Source: Octopus bimaculoides
Taxonomy: Eukaryota
NCBI RefSeq assembly: GCF_001194135.2
Contig: NC_068984.1
Span: 138,017,576-138,058,681 of the forward strand
Direction of reading: 5' to 3'
Length of the DNA: 41,106 nt
Shown: piece by piece, positions 22,001 to 33,066 of the stretch
How positions within the stretch are numbered: position 1 is the stretch's first letter
Layout: every line of letters starts with the position of its first letter
The notes under the pieces: generated by a model
What the model saw: the letters and a program-made list of their open reading frames with translations, nothing else
What the model was told of the DNA's origin: nothing
Databases searched by the model: none
Position numbers and translations under genes: made by a program

Positions 22001-22636
22001 TATGTTTGCAGTCCAACGAAATATATATATATATATAATATTTATAGTCTATTTATACATATTATTTCAGTTTCTTTCTTTGTTAACTACAAATTTTATT
22101 TCGTTTTTGGATTTGATTTGCAAGATTCTTTATGTGAGTTCGTGTGTTGGAGTATATTTTGATGTATCTGGGGAGAGTTGTTATATTTTAGTACCTCACA
22201 CTCACTTTTTCTAAATTTTCTAAAATTTTCGTTGCGTCTTGCAACATTTTCAATTGTTGAGTGTGTTAAATAATAAGGCACTAAAAGAGAATTACTCTCC
22301 CCAGACACAACAAAATACAAATTTTAGGTTTGAATATAATATTCTATACATGCATTTACAATTTTGTTTGTGGATCAGGTATTATATTTATCACAAATTT
22401 CATAAATTATCGCTTACAACTAGGAGATGCTTTTAATGCTCATTAAATATTATTTGGAGGATTTTTTTTTACCAAAAGTTAAAATATGTTAAGTTATGAG
22501 TTGACTCTCTACACATAAACATTTACAAATCTTCATTTTGAATGCATATTAAATCTATATGCACGATGTTTGTATGAGGATGTCTTAATATTTATCAATC
22601 ATGTTTGTATGAGGATGTCTTTATGTTTATCTATCG

Positions 22637-22992
22637 TGGCACTCCATCAGTTACGACGACGAGGGTTCCAGTCGATCCAATCAACGAAACAGCCTGCTCA
22701 TGAAATTAACGTGCAAGTGGCTGAGCACTCCACAGGTACCCTTAACTTAGTTCTCGGGGGAGATTCAGCGTGACACGGTGTTACGAGGCTAGCCCTTTGA
22801 AATACAGGTACAAGAGAAACAGGAAGGAAGAGTGAAAGAATACAACAGGGTTCGCCACCACCCACTGCTGTAGACTCGTGGAGCTTTAAGTGTTTTCGCT
22901 CAATAAACACTCACAACGCCCGGTCTGGGAATCGAAACCGCGATCCTACGACCGCGAGTCCGCTGCCATAACCACTGGGCCATTGTGCCTTC
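22637..22992 (-). mobile_element. tRNA-derived SINE (family C)
   Basis: Collinear with 27026-27337 and 33590-33968; tRNA-like head and ccgacggagtgcca-type tail. Confidence 0.88.
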
Positions 22993-23149
22993 ACATATTT
23001 ATCTTTACACCTAACCTTTATAGTTATGCAAACTGCCTAAATTATGTGTATCACATATCTACTTTCCTATATACTCTTATACATTCAGTCACACACACAC
23101 ACACACGAAGGGGTGCTGAAAAGTGGATGAAATAAGCAGCCTTTGGGAT

Positions 23150-23300
23150 TAATCTAATCAGTTCGTTCCAGTCACGAGGCCAAACATCTCTGAAAGTTTC
23201 ATCCGAGTCCATCCAACGGTTCTTGAGATGTCTTGTCCACGGACAAACGAACGAACAAACGCGGCCGAAAACATTGCCTTCGCTAAGGCAGAGTTAATGA
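23150..23300 (+). mobile_element. Helentron/DINE-like non-autonomous fragment
   Basis: aaagtttcatccgagtccatcc...acaaacgaacgaacaaac...ccttcgctaaggcagag resembles HINE-type ends (from recall). Confidence 0.4.
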
Positions 23301-23349
23301 TAATAATAATTTTTATTATCAATTTCAGTCCTTATGCCTATAGTTATCG

Positions 23350-23640
23350 TGAGGGTATATGGCCTAGTGTTAAGGCTATCGCATTCACGATCGTGAGATG
23401 GCAGTTTCAATACCTAGACCGGGTGGTGCGTTGTGTTCTTGAGCAAAGCACTTCATCTCATGTCGCTCTGCAATCACTTCAACACCTGTCGTGTGGTACA
23501 CCATGCACCTGCTAAGGTAACGTCGATGTGATGGAGGCAGTGAGCTAATATAGGGCACAAACATTTGATTACTATAAACAAATCCCTTGTGCAGGTTGTT
23601 CGGCAAGAAATTGTACAAACCATCTTTCTCGGACTACCGG
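23350..23640 (+). mobile_element. tRNA-head CORE-like SINE (family D)
   Basis: tggcctagtgttaagg head, gtttcaatacc B-box-like motif, gttgtgttcttgagcaaagcactt core. Confidence 0.6.
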
Positions 23641-23642
23641 AG

Positions 23643-23661
23643 ACTACTACCACTACCACTA

Positions 23662-23700
<39 letters not shown>
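23643..23700. repeat. (CTA/CCA)n trinucleotide repeat
   Basis: Read directly from the sequence. Confidence 0.95.
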
Positions 23701-24145
23701 TGTGGTGCCCAGTCATATGCAAAGTTTTCGTGTATGTGTTTCGCGAGGCCGTAACTTTGACTTAGCTTTAATTTTGTTAACGAATTAAAAGAATGGAAAA
23801 AAATTAGTAAATGGCGTTGCTGGAACATTTAGTCTGGTTTATGGCAATTAAATTTAATGAATTATGGTCATTCAACAGATCACTTCCCTTCCAGTATGCC
23901 TTAAGTCTTGCATATCAAACGCATTCGCCTGTGTAACATACGTTAAATTTTCGAGTAAAAAGTTATATATTACAACTTTCTAATGGTTTTCTAACATACA
24001 TCTCATCTTGTATTAATCGGAGTCAACGTTCTATTTTTGTATTAAGGAACCCTTGATTTCATTAGGTGTTGGCTCGAGATATTTCAACTGTCCCTTTATT
24101 CGTTAGTTTTAAGTTTCCTTTTTGAATAACTGTGATAGTCTAGAT

Positions 24146-24240
24146 CAGTGTTTCCCAACCTGGGGTCCACAGACACCTGTTGTTTTGCAAAAGTAGTACT
24201 GGGGGTCCATAAACTAAATTCAAAATTTCATATATATAAT
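24146..24240 (+). mobile_element. hAT-Charlie left-end fragment
   Basis: gtctagat|cagtgtttcccaacc shows the Charlie target consensus NTCTAGAN plus a TIR; no right end found. Confidence 0.55.
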
Positions 24241-24689
24241 CCAAGAGAGTTAGGGGTTGAGGATTCAACCCACTAAGGGATTATTTTTTATTTTTGTGCA
24301 GGTCAACTATACGGGAAGGACGAAGACCAAGGTTAGCTCATCCCCGTCTTCACAAAACACAATAGTGGATTTAATAGAGAATCCCTACTTTCTTCAAGTG
24401 AAGGAGTTTCTACTGAAGATTGATCACCTTCACCCATCGTTTGATTAAATGCGGTCATGCTGAGAGATGCATTGTTGCCACTACATACTCCCTCTCTCTT
24501 TCTCTCTCTATCCTATGAACAAAAGTTTGAATCCTTAGAGGAAACATTACCAGCTAGCATTTTATGCGACATTTCTATTTATTTTTGCATGTCGAGAAGG
24601 CGATTGTTTTTAATGTCGCATCAGAGGGCTTCAAATTACTTTCGATGAAATAGCTGGACTTTCATCCCCAACACCCCATTAATACAACT

Positions 24690-25140
24690 TACATATTCAT
24701 AGAGGTCTTCCAAGTGACTTTTCAGATCTTTTGGATAACTCTTGGCATCTGCACAGATCCATCTGTTGTCTGTGAACCTTGCAACATGTCCGACGAACGG
24801 AATCTGTGCTTTCGGTATTCCACAATTAGGTCGTTCATTCCGTTCTGTTCTCGAATTTCCTCATTTCGGATTTGCTCTCACAATAAAATTCCTTGCATGG
24901 ATCTTTCCATGGACTTTTGGGTCATAGCTAACTGATGTTCTCCTCTCTTCGTAGTATCCCACGTCTTACTTGCGTATAAGGTTAATTATTTTAATTTCAG
25001 AGACTAGTCTGAAGACGTAGCACGCGGATTAATAGAGATGAGAAACGGTGAAATCGAGGATAATACAATGAAGATGCACTGAGATATGGACTCTGAAATC
25101 TCGAGAAGAATTAAAGGAGGGCGGAAGGCATTTACTCAAA
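24690..25140 (-). mobile_element. RTE LINE remnant with an inverted 5' piece
   Basis: Minus strand 24690-24981 reads LYASKTWDTTK...TQKSMERSMQGILL*EQIRNEEIR; plus strand 25083-25133 reads DMDSEISRRIKGGRKAF. Confidence 0.7.
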
Positions 25141-25254
25141 GATGTTCCCAAACGATGATTTCAACGTAATTTCTCAAATTCTTATTGGTTTTTCACAAAT
25201 CTAGAGGATTTTATATTTGTAATTTCCTTAAGTACTTCGTTAATATTTTGTACT

Positions 25255-25458
25255 CTAAGCACAGGGCCCGAAATTTTGGGGGAAGGGCCCAGTCGATTAG
25301 ATCGACCCCAGTACGCCACTAATACTTAATCTATCGACCCTGAAAGGATGAAAGGCAAAGTCGACCTCGGCGGAATTTGAACTCAGAACGTAAAGACGGA
25401 CGAAATGCCGCTAAGCATTTCGCCCAGCGTTCTAACGATTCTGCCAGCTCGCCGCCCT
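25255..25458 (-). mobile_element. Full-length SINE family A with TSD
   Basis: TSD agtacttcgttaatatt (25231-25247) / agtacctcgtcaatatt (25459-25475). Confidence 0.9.
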
Positions 25459-25931
25459 AGTACCTCGTCAATATTGAGACCATGATAAAACTGACTCATA
25501 CAAATAAGACAGTTACGAATAAGGTTTTAAAATTTTTCATTGCTCAAGATTCTATACACTTTTTGACATGTAAAAAGAATTAGTCGACCGATTCAAAAAT
25601 ACTGAAAGAGAAAAATATTTTTTAACATACACGTTTAGGTATTTTGCAAAAAGAGACAATTGACTGTTTGTGAATATGTTTAATACAGAAGATTCTGTTC
25701 ACTTTTTAATTTAGGCAAAATATAAAACCAGCATTATTTAGCATAATAATTCTGAGTTACGCAAACTTTATAACAAAAGTCTTAAGGTAAATTTTGCAAA
25801 TCACTTCTATTTAACTTTTTATGATTTTAATACTTGTCGATCCTCACCGCCAAATACAATTGATCAGCTTTTCAGCAGACCTGCTAAACAGCAACGCTTA
25901 GCAGTGTTGTTAATGTTGGCATTGTTTAGTC

Positions 25932-26117
25932 CAGTGCTCCGCAACCTTTTTTTTACTTGCGGTACACTTATATTCTTTTCAAAATTTTGCGGCACACCTG
26001 AACTAAAAATGTAACTAAAAGTATAGAGGAAAAAAAAAATTCAAGTTACACTGCGGCACACCTAGCAACGTCTCGTGACACACCAGTGTGCCGCAGTTTA
26101 CTGGTTATAGAGCACTG
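25932..26117. mobile_element. hAT-Charlie-type MITE (186 bp)
   Basis: TIRs cagtgctccgcaacc / ggttatagagcactg; 8-bp TSD gtttagtc/gtttagtt. Confidence 0.85.
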
Positions 26118-27025
26118 GTTTAGTTCCATGTTAACATTTAATTATGCAGGCTTATTGATTAAAGGCATTCCAGTTGCAATCAACCTCTTTTACACGTATC
26201 TGGGACTATATTGTGTAATGTGTTCTTACCTTTCTTAATAAGGTTGGGTGAGATTTGAGGGTCAGTTGCCGACAATTTCCAGCAAGCTGACTGGTGACGG
26301 TATTGCATATTGCCTTGTAACACATGTAAACATACCACGCCCATACACTGAAATACACACGGGCTCCTGAAACTCCTTCCTCTCCATCACGCTCTCACAT
26401 ATCCACTTCCACAGACCCCCCCCCCGCCAATCCACACACGCGCGCGCGCAAGTAGACATATTTTAGATGGTTTAATTACTGTGACACAACATATATAGAA
26501 TTGATTAAATCGATTCCAGTACTTAAAATGTTACTTGATCAATATAAAATGCAAAAGGCAACATCAACCTGAGTGGGATTTGAAATCAGAACGTATACAC
26601 GAAATGTTCTGCCCGGCACCCTACCTATTCTACCAACCACAGCTACAAACATATATACAAAACAATCAGATTTGAACTGACGTGACGTTATTATGAACAA
26701 CCGAACAACAATAAAACATTGAAATCATTCGTCATAAAATTGAACTCCTGTATTGTTTGCTGTTAAAGCTATAAAAATGTTTTCTCTTGTAGATGAAGTC
26801 GATTTATGTCAAAGGATGTTTATCTTCTAATGTGACAACAGCTTGCAAGTTTAATCGTTTCATAGCAGGCTACGCCCCACAGCTAAGCAAGAAATGATCT
26901 TCTGCTGTTTCTGACCAGCTAACAATAGCCACCAAATTAACCTAAAATCACACCTTGTTTAAGAATCGAGGCACAGTAGAAAATGTAATCCTATCTACTT
27001 TATACCTGAAATATATATTGTTCGT

Positions 27026-27337
27026 GGAGGCGCAATGGCCCAGTGGTTAAAGCAGCGGACTCGCGGTCATAGGATCGCGGTTTCTATTCCCAGACCGGGC
27101 GGTGTGAGTGTTTATTGAGCGAAAACACTTAAAGATCCACGAGGCTCCGGCAGGGGATGGTGGCGAACCCCACTGTACTCTTCCACCACAACTTTCTCTC
27201 ACTCTTACTTCCTGTTTCTGTTGTACTTGTAATTCAAGGGGCCGGCCTTGTCACACTGTGTCACGCTGAATATCCCCGAGAACTACGTTAAGGGTACACG
27301 TGTCTGTGGAGTGCTCAGCCACTTGCACGTTAATTTC
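27026..27337 (+). mobile_element. SINE family C, cut by a gap
   Basis: ggaggcgcaatggcccagtggtt head; body identical in structure to the other C copies. Confidence 0.88.
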
Positions 27338-27643
27338 NNNNNNNNNNNNNNNNNNNNNNNNNNNNNNNNNNNNNNNNNNNNNNNNNNNNNNNNNNNNNNN
27401 NNNNNNNNNNNNNNNNNNNNNNNNNNNNNNNNNNNNNNNNNNNNNNNNNNNNNNNNNNNNNNNNNNNNNNNNNNNNNNNNNNNNNNNNNNNNNNNNNNNN
27501 NNNNNNNNNNNNNNNNNNNNNNNNNNNNNNNNNNNNNNNNNNNNNNNNNNNNNNNNNNNNNNNNNNNNNNNNNNNNNNNNNNNNNNNNNNNNNNNNNNNN
27601 NNNNNNNNNNNNNNNNNNNNNNNNNNNNNNNNNNNNNNNNNNN
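27338..27643. other. Assembly gap (306 N)
   Basis: Run of N. Confidence 1.
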
Positions 27644-28034
27644 ACTCCTTTGGCTGATTAAGCCATAGCTTCATTTTATTTGCTTTTTTCATTTTAAATT
27701 TGCTTTTTTCATTTTCTTTTTTTTTTCTTCGTTTTATTTGCTTTTTTTTTTTAATTTGCTGTTTTACCCTAACCCTAACCCTATCACCGATAGAATTGTT
27801 TCAGAATCGTTTGTTTATGTAGTCGGCACTTAATGTATATCGGCTGAATGGACGTCAGTGATTGGTTGAAATTACAGAAATACGACAACTTTAACATGGA
27901 ATAACTTATGGATTTCTTTTTTTTTTTAAGAAGACTAAGAGAAAAAGATGTTTTATATGACACATTCTACCAGTGTTCCAAGTTTCAAAGTGTTTCGTTA
28001 ATGAAAAATGTGGCCCCCGTTTTTAAAAAGATCC
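27644..28034. mobile_element. GGATCTTT-terminated DNA transposon with internal CCCTAA repeats
   Basis: Matches 3141-3327; ccctaaccctaaccct at about 27767-27782; ends in aaagatcc. Confidence 0.65.
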
Positions 28035-29679
28035 AAGTTTACTACCATCATTGATGAAAATGATATTAGAGAACAATTAACGAATATCTTTTTATTAAAT
28101 ACATAAGAAAGAACAAGGATTTAACACATCCAAGCAAATCCTTAACTGGTGTCCTTTAAGCCATAAAGCCAGTGTTCTTGGCCACTCTGTTTAATTCCTG
28201 CTACGGTATTCAAATCACACATATGCTTTTAAGTATTGTGGTACTGACACGTTTCAAGAAACACAGTCAGGCCATTTAGAATAAAGAACTTAGCATTGAG
28301 AGTGTTTAAAGTTTAGTTCTTAAATATCCTAGAAGCCGACAAAGTATTTACTTTTTAAAAATGCTGTACGGTTATGTCAACAGTTATGAAAACTGATGTG
28401 TAATGAAAACAAATATAAACCATATATAAAGTATAAATGAAAACAGTTATGTATAAAGCATAAATATATATATAAAGCATAAAATATACATAAAATATTT
28501 TAAAATATTTTTGTTACAAGTAAAACAGTACAAAACTATGTAAAAATTTACTGCAATGAAATCATTCTATTATTTGGGACTTTAAAAGTAATGCCTTATT
28601 TGCCCTTATTTTAGCTAATTTATTGAATAACTACAGCTTTTATCATTACTAATTTTCAGTATCATTTCAAGACTGTTTTTCTTACTTTTACGATTCAAAC
28701 ATAACAATAATATGGAGTTGTATCTGTGGAGGGTCGTTACGCCAGTAACAAACACACTCATTGGTTCTATTTTGCTTCTTTGTATTTTAATTAAACTAAT
28801 CGCTTGATCAATCAAACATTTAGTTAGGTTTGCCAACATTCTTGCGAAAGGACTTAGGAGACAGACAGACAGACAAATAGATAGAACTGGAAGAGGGGGA
28901 GAGAGAGGAGGGTGGGAGCACGTAATTGATGAGGTTGGGAATGGAGACGAAAAAACTTTGACAAATCTGATTGATTGATTGAATGAATGATTAATTAAAC
29001 TATCGATTGGTTAAATGGCTAACCAATTGAAAAATAGGAAAAAATGAAGTAAAATAGAATCAGTATGTATGTGATTATTATTATAGGCACAATGTGACCC
29101 TCTCGAGATAGAAAATATATTTCAACACACGAGCTCACATCAAGAATTTGGCAAACCAAATCCAAATACGAAATAATAAGGCTATCATGACAATGTGTGT
29201 TGCTACTTAATTCGCGTTCATTGGTGGGTAATGATGCTAAAGCTAACACTCTTTGTTTCATTGAAAATGATTGCAGAAAGATCGCTCAAAGTTGGCAATT
29301 ACAATAATAATCTTGTCAGAATGGCTATCTTCAAATTTGGCAAAAAAAAAAAAAAAATTTAATTCGATACTGAGCAATAAGATTATGGAGTTCCTTGGTT
29401 TTAGAAATCTGAATCTTTGGGTGACTTTTCAGAAACATCTTATATTCCAAGATTTCTTCATAAACCTCAAACCTTTCTATATCTTTAAAAAAAGTGCTAC
29501 TTTTCTTTAAGATTATGAATATTATTTCGGTTTGAGTGAAACAGTAATCAGTTTGTATCTAAAAAAATTCAAATTTTATATTCGATCTTGGAGAAAAATT
29601 TGCTTTCCATTTCAGTATAGCGATTATTCATAACCTTTTTCACTGTCTTCATAGTATCTTTCTTTCCCACTAAGCACTG

Positions 29680-30426
29680 AGAAGCAGGAGACAGAATTGG
29701 ATGCTAAAATTTCTGGTACTGGCACAGTAATGCGTCGTCTCCAGTGTTTGATCCTCAGAAGAGTAGAAGTTGGTGAAATAAACCAAACTTACTCTTTGCA
29801 GTAAAGATTTTTGCCAACATAACATGGCAGTTCTGTTTTAGGAAGAATGTTGCTGTAATTCATCCCCAGGAGACATCGTCTCCAGCTGGCTATACGACAC
29901 GATCTGTGTCCTTATATTTTCGAACAAGGGAATCTTACTATTTGCAGTTCGATTTTCGTATCTATCCTCACTTATGGTCATGAATGTTGGATATTGACGG
30001 AACGGGTACAATTGCAAATGCAAAGGCTGAAATGGTGTTCCTCCAAAGGATTTCATGAGTAACGTTCCTCGACAGTGTGCGTAACTTCAAGATCAGGGTG
30101 TCTCTCCAGATCGAGCCATTAAATCTCTGCATTGAGAAGACGTAGCTCCTCTACTACGAACACGTGGTTAAAATGCCGCAGGAAAGGATCACAAGAGGGA
30201 TTCTTCAAACCGAGCCAACTGACAGGAGACCTTGGGGGTAACCCTAGAATGAGCTGGTTGGATAATATCCACAGTCTCAGTTGGTCACGCTTGGGGATCC
30301 AACTTGAAAGTGTAATGACGGTTGCTTCTGATAGGACTCTGTGGAGGAGACTCCTGAGGACTCTATTCCCACGACCTTACCAGAAATAGTGGGCAGGGAA
30401 AATGGATAGCTTGATGGGTAGATGGA
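29680..30426 (+). mobile_element. RTE LINE 3' end, Rex3/Expander-like
   Basis: Fragments SIFVSILTYGHECWILTER, LDSVRNFKIRVSLQIEPLNLCIEK and PRMSWLDNIHSLSWSRLGI...LWRRLLRTLFPRP; degenerate (GATG)n tail. Confidence 0.8.
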
Positions 30427-30764
30427 CTCAACGCTATACCTTTAAACAGGCTTCTTATTGTGTGTGTGTGTGGAGGGCGTCCTTTGTGCTTGGCTATCCC
30501 ATTTATTTTGTAGCTTCGTCTTAACTCCAAGTAGTTCAACAGTGTGAAATATAAAGGGGAACAATAACATAGCATTAAGCGTTTTAACATCAAAGTCTAC
30601 AAAATAAAACAGTAGATGTATCTAGTTTGGTGCATTCGAATTTGATAAAAATTTTTCGAGAAACTTTATTCTTAATGATAATAACATAGAGGGATTACTT
30701 GATATCAGTATAACGGATTATAATAAAATGGAGCCTGGTCAGTTGGTGGCTTTGAAGATTCTCT

Positions 30765-30857
30765 TTCTGTCTGTCTCTCTCCCTGTCTCTCTCTCTCTTT
30801 CTCTGTCTCTCTCTCCCTCTGTCTCTCTATCTCTCTGCCTCTCTCTCTCTCTCTCTC
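30765..30857. repeat. (CT)n-rich microsatellite at a SINE tail
   Basis: Read directly from the sequence. Confidence 0.9.
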
Positions 30858-31141
30858 TGGCACTCCGTCGGACTACGATGCGTGTTCAAGCTGATCCGAT
30901 CGACGGAACAGGCTGCTCTAGAGATGAGTGGCTGAGCATTCCGCAGACACGCGTACTCTTAGCGTACTTCTCGGGGAGATTCAGTGTGACGAGGCTAGCC
31001 CTTTGAATTACAAGTACTACTCATTTTACCAACTGAGTAGAAGGGAACAACGAGAAATAAAGTGTCTTGCCCAAAGACACAACGCACCGCTGGGAATCAA
31101 ACTCATTACCTTACGAAGTACCCTAAGCCGCGCACCTTCAC
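30858..31141 (-). mobile_element. SINE with the family C tail but a CORE-like head
   Basis: tggcactccgtcggac tail, then aaagtgtcttgcccaaagacacaac core. Confidence 0.65.
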
Positions 31142-32289
31142 TGTAGATTCTAGACCCAAAATGGTTGGCAATCTTTAATTACATGAACAACCTCTATCAG
31201 AATATGTTAAACAAATTCAACCTTAAACCACTCTTTGAAAAAATTCCATGTATATTTTTAGAATTTTGAAATGTACAGGGAGTGTTTGACACAATATTGA
31301 TATATAAAATGCAAAGTGACGTATCAATTTCCTTTTTGTAGGCTGCTTTTCTTTATCTTTGTCAAGTTAAAAGGCGTAATCTGCAAACAGCAACGGTAAG
31401 AATGAAAGTAAATATTATGTATGGAGGTAGATGACCTAGATAAATATATATAGGAGACTGAGAAGGTGAGTCTGCAGCTTGTGAGACAAGCAGTCATGCA
31501 AGCAGACGGTTAAATATAGGAAGGGTGAGAAAGTATAGTTAGAGAATGTAAAGGATATCGTATGCTTTCTTTGTGACGGCCTTAATAACGTTGTAACAGA
31601 ATGATAGAGAAAGAGGGTGAAATGCATGGATGCTATTGAAGTGTGAGAGAAATGTTAGGAAATTAAGAACAAGGGCAAAAGCTGGATTTGATTATATAGA
31701 GAGACAACAACAAAAAATGAAAAGCGCACCCACGCATACGAAAAAAAAAGGAGAAAATGAAAAACAAGAAGAAAATAGATTAATATTTAAAACAAACCCA
31801 TAAATACTTGAAACGAAACTAATAGGAAACAGAAATAATCTCCATCGTTTTTCACAGGTACTGCACTAGTTAATATTTAATAATAAATGCGAATTCTGAT
31901 ATCGATGACCACTGTCGATCAGAGCTGACCATGAATCACGCATGTGCACCTATATGCACAAGCCTAGTCAAGGTTTATTTTTTTGTAAAAGGTGCAGTTG
32001 TCCTTGCATACAAGTTTTCTCTGTCCAAGGGAAATGTAAGGCAAAGGTCGTTACAACCGAAAACACATGATATCCCATCTGTTGCCCTACCAGTTCCAGC
32101 AATCCGTTGCTCTAGACTGGTACCTCTTTTTATCGACTCCAATAAATCTGAAAGGTAAAGTTGACCCGCACGAGATGTGAACTCAGTATGTAGAGAACCA
32201 AAGTAAATACTGAGCAAGGCTTTCTTTCCGACGTTCTACCGATTCAGCCAATTTGTCATATATTCCAGCAACTAAGTAACTCTTTCTAA

Positions 32290-32491
32290 TTTTGAAACAA
32301 GGCCAGCACTTTTGAGGGTAGGTGAAGTCGATTACAATGACACTAGTACTCGACTGGTACTTGTTTTATCGACCCTGAAGGGATGAACGACAAAGTCGAT
32401 CTTGGTGGTATTTGAACCCAGAACGTAAAGAGCCGGGCGAAATGCCGCTAAGCATCATGTCTGGCTTGCTAATCATTCTGCCAGCTTGCTG
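32290..32491 (-). mobile_element. SINE family A with TSD
   Basis: TSD tattccagcaacta (32261-32274) / tattccagtaacta (32495-32508). A more degenerate copy lies at about 32095-32250. Confidence 0.85.
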
Positions 32492-32576
32492 TATTATTCC
32501 AGTAACTATTTAATATCTTGTTAAAAACATTAACAGGCGAAATAAGAATCGCTTTTAATATTTTATTCAAGTGTAA

Positions 32577-32782
32577 GGTGGTGAGCTGGCAGAATCGTTA
32601 GCACTCCGGGAAAAATGCCTAGCGACGTTTCGTCCGTCTGTACCTTCTCAGTTCAAATTCCACCGAGGTTAACTTTTCCTTTCATCCTTTCGAGGTCGAT
32701 AAAATAAGTACCAGTTGAGCACTGGGATCGATGTAACAGACTTACTCACCCACCCCCAAAATTGCTGGCCTTGTGCAAAAAT
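32577..32782 (+). mobile_element. SINE family A with TSD
   Basis: TSD ttattcaagtgtaa (32563-32576) / ttattcatgtgtaa (32797-32810). Confidence 0.85.
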
Positions 32783-33066
32783 GTTAAGTAAATAGCTTAT
32801 TCATGTGTAATTGATATATTCTAACGTGACATGAATTTCTCTGATGATACCGAAAACATTAACCGCTCCTATTAAATATTTTACTTATCAGCATAAACAA
32901 TTTGCTTTACTATCTCGTCCAATTATGAAAATGGACGAGCAAATGAACTTATTTTCTTTCTATCTATCTATCTGTCTGTCAATGTCTGTGTGCCTGTCCA
33001 TATGTATATAATCTATCAGTGTGTGTGTATGTGTGTTGTATATAAGTATGTATGAATGTATGTATA

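Noticed and set aside
22095-22310. About 85-bp segment repeated in inverted orientation at 29100-29180
   Set aside because: Almost certainly two decayed copies of a dispersed repeat 7 kb apart; termini could not be defined.
22566-22635. 35-bp tandem duplication next to a SINE C tail
   Set aside because: Ordinary local slippage or TSD-like duplication with no further structure.
23474-23828. Poly-Val, poly-Thr and poly-Ser ORFs
   Set aside because: Translations of the (CTA)n microsatellite.
27026-27100. tRNA-like sequences at SINE heads
   Set aside because: They have A/B-box-like motifs but run straight into SINE bodies and lack a convincing acceptor stem; they are not tRNA genes.
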